A stretch of DNA of 22,008 nucleotides, taken from NCBI GenBank assembly GCA_046760505.1, contig JBHIEG010000025.1, positions 1 through 22,008 of the forward strand, in the 5' to 3' direction. Numbering within the stretch: the first letter of the stretch is position 1; each line of letters opens with the position of its first letter. A program made the translations under genes and the position numbers. The notes under the pieces were generated by a model that was not told the origin of the DNA, did no database searches, and saw only the letters and a list, made by a program, of their open reading frames with translations. Origin of the DNA: Candidatus Hydrothermarchaeota archaeon. Lineage in GTDB: Archaea; CAYFZR01. Of this stretch, positions 17,637-22,008 are shown piece after piece.

Positions 17637-18921
17637 CTCTAATCCTTACTCTGTTATTCAAGATATCAGAAATAATTGATTCCAAATTTCTTTTTGTTTC
17701 ATACCTGTTGTTTTCAAGTTGTACCTTGATTTTTTCGAGTTCTTCAAGTTTCTCTTTTTCTTCGATTAATTTTGATTCAAGCGTATGAATTTTGGATTTC
17801 ATTTTTTCTAAATTTTTTAACACATCTAAGGAGTCCTCTTTCATTTTTTCCTTCATCATTGAACTCAGTTTTTTATGTTCGCTTAACTTAGTTGGAATGA
17901 AGTCGCTTTCTATCAATTTTTCTACCTGAATTATGGTTTTTTCTCTCCTCTTGTCTCCTTTTATGGTTATTTTCCCCTTCTTCATTAGAACAGCAATCTC
18001 TCCGAGAATTTTATTTAAGGTCCTTAAGTTATTCCGGTTGCTCAAAAGAGTCTTAAGGGGGTCTCTTTGAAAATTGGATAAAAATTCCATATTTTCTTTT
18101 GAAACAGACAAATTTCCCTTCTCTGCTAAATATTCGTATTTTTTTAAAGGTTTCTTTAAAAAAGAAAGATGATTTACTATTTCAGATTCAAGATTCTGCA
18201 GTTCTTTTTCCAATGATTCTAAAGAATTTTTTCTTTGAAGCGCTATTTTTACATCTTTACTCTCCTTTAATTCTTTTTCTTTAGTAATTTTTCTTCTGAT
18301 CTCTTCTTCCAATTTAGAAATCTCATTCTTTTTTTCCTCAATTTTTGAATTTGTTCCTGAAATTTTTTCAGTAACATCGGCAAGATCATTCAGCAGGGTT
18401 TGCGCGTCTCTTATGCTTTTTGCTTTCTTCTCTTTTTCCTTGAGTAATTTCCCTAGTTCGTCTATTAAATGCCCCAACTTCAACATTTCTCTGTTTAACT
18501 TCTGCATTTCTTCTTTGTACAGCTGTATGATGAGGAAACTATGTTTTTCGGACAATTCGGTCATCGCAAGCATTGTTTGTAAAAGAGTGGAATAATATCT
18601 AAAAACATCATCGTACCCAAAAGATTCAAGAGAGGTAATTTTATTAATTGAAATCTCAATCGTTTGGATTAAAAGGTATCTTGATTGTTCTATTCTCTTA
18701 AAAAGTCTTTTATCTACCTTTTCTTTTGTTTTTGCCATTTTTAAATCGTACAATCTGGATCTGACCTCTCTTATTTGGTCCTCTATTTCTTTGCATAACT
18801 TCTCCACCACATCGATGTCCAAAATTTCTATCCTGTTGATCCAGTCTGAGAGTTGACTCTCTTTTAATTCAACTACCTGAGACTCCTCTTTCCTTTGAAA
18901 AATTTTTTTGAACAGCCCCAT
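17629..18921 (-). CDS. Long coiled-coil hypothetical protein
   Basis: 430 aa, K/E/L-rich heptad pattern, no Walker motif, N-terminal MGLFKKIF; stop overlaps the cyaB start. Confidence 0.8.
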   Translation of the reverse strand: MGLFKKIFQRKEESQVVELKESQLSDWINRIEILDIDVVEKLCKEIEDQIREVRSRLYDLKMAKTKEKVDKRLFKRIEQSRYLLIQTIEISINKITSLESFGYDDVFRYYSTLLQTMLAMTELSEKHSFLIIQLYKEEMQKLNREMLKLGHLIDELGKLLKEKEKKAKSIRDAQTLLNDLADVTEKISGTNSKIEEKKNEISKLEEEIRRKITKEKELKESKDVKIALQRKNSLESLEKELQNLESEIVNHLSFLKKPLKKYEYLAEKGNLSVSKENMEFLSNFQRDPLKTLLSNRNNLRTLNKILGEIAVLMKKGKITIKGDKRREKTIIQVEKLIESDFIPTKLSEHKKLSSMMKEKMKEDSLDVLKNLEKMKSKIHTLESKLIEEKEKLEELEKIKVQLENNRYETKRNLESIISDILNNRVRIRDD

Positions 18922-19091
18922 TTTATCAACTTGACAATTCTACACCACAGTATCAAATAGTCTGGTTGTTACGATATATTTATTTAATTTCATATTTATC
19001 TATTGATCATATTTCTGCTTTTTTTGACTACTTTCTTGAGGTTAGAAAATCGACAAATTTTATTAACTTGATGGGAAAAGAAATGTAAAAG

Positions 19092-20378
19092 GTGATTGGA
19101 TTGGAATTCATTATCGAGAGTATTCATGCAAGGGAAATTCTTGATTCAAGAGGAAATCCCTCCATCGAAGTGGACGTATATACGCTATACGGTTTCGGCA
19201 GGGCATCCATTCCATCTGGCGCGTCTACTGGAACCCACGAAGCATTAGAACTCAGAGACGGAGAAAAGAGATATCATGGAAAGGGAGTGATGAAGGCCGT
19301 TAATAACGTAAATGAAATTATAGCGCCTGAAATAGTTGGAATGGATGTAATATCGCAGAGAGAAATAGACGAAAAGATGATTGAACTAGATGGAACAGAT
19401 AACAAGTCGAAACTAGGCGCAAATGCAATATTAGGAGTTTCCATAGCAGTTGCCAAGGCTGCTGCATCTTCTCTAGATATTCCCCTCTACAGGTACATCG
19501 GCGGATTAAACACGAACGTACTGCCAGTGCCTCAGTTGAACGTGATAAATGGCGGAGAACATGCAGGAAACGAACTTGACATCCAAGAGTTCATGATTAT
19601 GCCGGTAGGAGCACCTTCATTTAGAGAAGCCATTAGAATGAGTTCTGAAGTATATCATGAGTTAGGAAAAATCCTCGTTAAAAAATATGGGCTGACCGCA
19701 AAGAATGTCGGAGACGAGGGTGGATATGCTCCTCCTTTAAAAAAGACACATGAGGCATTGGATGTTATATGCGAGGCCATAGAAGAGTTTTACGACCTTG
19801 AAAAAGATTTTGCACTTGCATTAGACTGTGCGGCAAGCAGCTTTTTCAAGAAAGGAGAATACATCATCGAAGATAGAGTGTTATCGAGTGGTGAGTTAAT
19901 TGATTTTTACAGAGAACTGGTAGGCATATATCCAATCGTATCGATTGAAGACCCATTCCAAGAAGAGGGTTTCGAGGATTTTGCGGAGCTAAACAGGGAA
20001 ATTGGAAACAAAGTTCAAATCGTAGGAGACGACCTTTATGTTACAAATGCGAAAAGATTTGAGACAGGTATAGAAAAAGGCTCCACCAACGCGATTCTGC
20101 TTAAGGTAAACCAGATAGGCACATTAACCGAGGCATTAGATGTTGCGAACTTAGCCTATAGAAACAATCACTCCGTTGTGGTTAGCCACAGATCTGGTGA
20201 AACCGAGGATACATTCATTGCCGATTTAGCTGTAGGAATATCATCAGGTCAGATAAAAACAGGGGCACCTGCAAGAAGCGAGAGAACCGCCAAATACAAT
20301 AGGCTGCTAAGAATAGAAGAATACAATCCTGGTGCATACTATCCCGGAAAAGATTTTAGGAAACTTTTCAGGAGGTAG
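19092..20378 (+). CDS. eno: Enolase (phosphopyruvate hydratase)
   Basis: [50 protein letters not shown]. Confidence 0.98.
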   Translation: MIGLEFIIESIHAREILDSRGNPSIEVDVYTLYGFGRASIPSGASTGTHEALELRDGEKRYHGKGVMKAVNNVNEIIAPEIVGMDVISQREIDEKMIELDGTDNKSKLGANAILGVSIAVAKAAASSLDIPLYRYIGGLNTNVLPVPQLNVINGGEHAGNELDIQEFMIMPVGAPSFREAIRMSSEVYHELGKILVKKYGLTAKNVGDEGGYAPPLKKTHEALDVICEAIEEFYDLEKDFALALDCAASSFFKKGEYIIEDRVLSSGELIDFYRELVGIYPIVSIEDPFQEEGFEDFAELNREIGNKVQIVGDDLYVTNAKRFETGIEKGSTNAILLKVNQIGTLTEALDVANLAYRNNHSVVVSHRSGETEDTFIADLAVGISSGQIKTGAPARSERTAKYNRLLRIEEYNPGAYYPGKDFRKLFRR

Positions 20379-20382
20379 TTGA

Positions 20383-21297
20383 TTGCGAAGAAGAAGGTCC
20401 TTTATTTTACTAATCTTTATACTATTGCTTATAACATCGATGGCGACTCCTGCCTTCTCCAAGTTTCAGATCTACATTTCGAAGTTCAAGGGCCTTGAAG
20501 TAAAACCTGGAGAGTCGTTAGAATTTTCCGTTGGTTCAAATGAGCCTTGTACAGTGGAATTAATCTTGCCAGAAGAACTCGTATCTGATAAAATTCGGAA
20601 AGAAATAGGAAAGATACCAAATAACTATGTTACATTCATTCTCAAGGCGAAAAAAGATGCAAAGCCAGGGTACTACAGAGTGGATGTCATTTGCTATCAA
20701 AATGGAAATGAAGTTGGAAGGGACTATGCACTTGTAAACATCAAGGGAGTGAAAGAAAAGGTAGTCGAAAAAAGAAAAACGCTGGAAATCTTTCCAGAAT
20801 CATTCCTGCTAGAAGGTAAAATCAACACAAAAATAGTAATCGGTAGCGGCGCTCCCGCGCAAGATTTAGTCAGCGCCATTGACCTATCTACCTATCTGGG
20901 ATCCTTTGCTAAGAGAGGAGAATTTTCATCCTCAAGCACGGACAAGGATGTTTCAGATGCGATTTTTGCCAACAATAATCTAGTAGTAATCGGGGGTCCA
21001 GCGATAAATACAATCTGTGCAAGAATAAACGAGAATCTGCCGGTGAGGTTTTCTAAGAACAAAGACTGGAGCATAGTTTCAGAGAAAGGAAAATACTACG
21101 AACCAGGCACAGGAGTCGTAGAAATAATAACCAATCCAAAGAATCCAGAAAAGACCATCTTAGTCGTTGCCGGACTCGACAGATGGGGTACCTACGCAGG
21201 AGTGAGGTACCTTATCTCTTCCAAAACCAAGATATCAAAACAGTACTTGATAGTAAAGAAGGAAAAGGGTTCCATAAGGATTCTAGAATCAGGATAG
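20383..21297 (+). CDS. Secreted protein with an Ig-like domain and a compact S-layer-like domain
   Basis: Signal peptide; [10 protein letters not shown] beta-sandwich motif; [18 protein letters not shown] (S_layer_N-like); [11 protein letters not shown] and [12 protein letters not shown] (S_layer_C-like). Confidence 0.72.
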   Translation: MRRRRSFILLIFILLLITSMATPAFSKFQIYISKFKGLEVKPGESLEFSVGSNEPCTVELILPEELVSDKIRKEIGKIPNNYVTFILKAKKDAKPGYYRVDVICYQNGNEVGRDYALVNIKGVKEKVVEKRKTLEIFPESFLLEGKINTKIVIGSGAPAQDLVSAIDLSTYLGSFAKRGEFSSSSTDKDVSDAIFANNNLVVIGGPAINTICARINENLPVRFSKNKDWSIVSEKGKYYEPGTGVVEIITNPKNPEKTILVVAGLDRWGTYAGVRYLISSKTKISKQYLIVKKEKGSIRILESG

Positions 21298-21795
21298 CTC
21301 CTCAACATCGATGCTACATGGCATGGGCATCTTCATGGATGCTCTTTTCAGGGCTTCCTTTCCAACTTTAATGTCGCTTTTTTTCAATCTAACTGTGATT
21401 ATGGCTTGATTTGCCTTAACTCGCGCAGCAGTACCGACAGGTTTTCCAAAAGCCCTTCTCATACCATCCTGTACCCTGTCTGCTCCTGCCCCGACTGCCA
21501 TTTTGTTTTCCCTGAGAACATGATGAGGATATATCATCACCTTTAGGTGATAGTTCATTCTCCCGAGTTTTGCATGAAGATACCTATTGGACGCTACCCT
21601 AGCTGCTTCCAGCGCCGTATGTCTTACTTGAGCACTTTCGTCTGCTATAAGACTAACTAAGGCATCAAATTCTCCAGAGACATTTCCCATATTGTACTGG
21701 ACTATCTTGCTCCCTGGAATTCCCTTCATGTAGTGTCTCTTAGTGTAAGCAGGTCCTTTTATCTCTCTGTACATCCTTCCTGGCTTTCTTACCAT
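21289..21795 (-). CDS. rpl10e: 50S ribosomal protein L10e (uL16)
   Basis: [42 protein letters not shown]. Confidence 0.97.
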   Translation of the reverse strand: MVRKPGRMYREIKGPAYTKRHYMKGIPGSKIVQYNMGNVSGEFDALVSLIADESAQVRHTALEAARVASNRYLHAKLGRMNYHLKVMIYPHHVLRENKMAVGAGADRVQDGMRRAFGKPVGTAARVKANQAIITVRLKKSDIKVGKEALKRASMKMPMPCSIDVEELS

Positions 21796-21806
21796 TTTGA
21801 TCCCAC

Positions 21807-21830
21807 CTGATATACTCTGCTGATATACTC
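21807..21830. repeat. Direct repeat CTGATATACTC x2 upstream of rpl10e
   Basis: Seen directly at 21807-21817 and 21820-21830. Confidence 0.85.
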
Positions 21831-21838
21831 CGAATACG

Positions 21839-21846
21839 TTTATAAA
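21839..21846 (-). promoter_or_regulatory. TATA box of rpl10e
   Basis: TTTATAAA preceded on the minus strand by an A-rich BRE-like sequence, ~45 nt upstream of the ATG. Confidence 0.5.
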
Positions 21847-21891
21847 GTTTATGTTTAGAAGGGGGTCTTAAAGTAATTTATTCTGAATTTA

Positions 21892-21985
21892 TCCTATCTT
21901 ACCCTATCGCCCCCTTTTTAAACCCCCATATGAGAAATGGAGCGGTTAAGATGTCTCAGTCCAAATTGTCCTATCTTACCCTATC
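21892..21985. repeat. Perfect 17-bp direct repeat TCCTATCTTACCCTATC x2, 77-bp period, with imperfect extensions
   Basis: Copies at 21892-21908 and 21969-21985; each is followed by a similar C-tract/TTTA/CCCC/ATA tail. Confidence 0.9.
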
Positions 21986-22008
21986 ACCTCTTTACACCCC
22001 TTATAAAA

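Noticed and set aside
17629-18921. SMC/Rad50/SbcC call
   Set aside because: No Walker A/B, signature motif or zinc hook.
1356-21371. The many short antisense or alternate-frame ORFs in the track (e.g. 1843-2163, 7044-7484, 8395-8799, 12293-12631)
   Set aside because: Shadows of well-supported genes, with no recognisable motifs.
21892-21985. CRISPR array
   Set aside because: Only two copies, 17-bp core, partly similar intervening sequence, no typical 3' GAAA(C/G) end and no cas genes in view.

Overview
Compact archaeal (euryarchaeal-type) chromosomal window made mostly of core genes: tRNA-Ala(GGC), rpl37e, Sm/LSm, a PUA protein, MinD with a small coupled membrane protein, an HD nucleotidase, SepF, aCPSF1, proteasome beta, ProRS, DUF63, EgsA, UPF0179, an NPP-HD fusion, Mch, rps8e, DUF2096, two S-layer-domain proteins, a CYTH/CyaB protein, a long coiled-coil protein, enolase and rpl10e. 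Mch, DUF2096 and Methanococcales/Thermococcales-type S-layer domains suggest a Methanobacteriota-related lineage with H4MPT C1 metabolism; this is inference only. The first ~2.4 kb, downstream of the tRNA 3' end, looks accessory. Its most notable feature is an SRPBCC gene that appears to be packaged as an integron-type gene cassette: GTTRRRY core at 67-73, its own archaeal promoter, GC-rich inverted repeats bracketing the ORF, and an 81-bp attC-like site at 632-712. No integrase is present in the window. The right end has an unexplained non-coding direct-repeat region. All family assignments come from motif recognition by eye; no searches were run.
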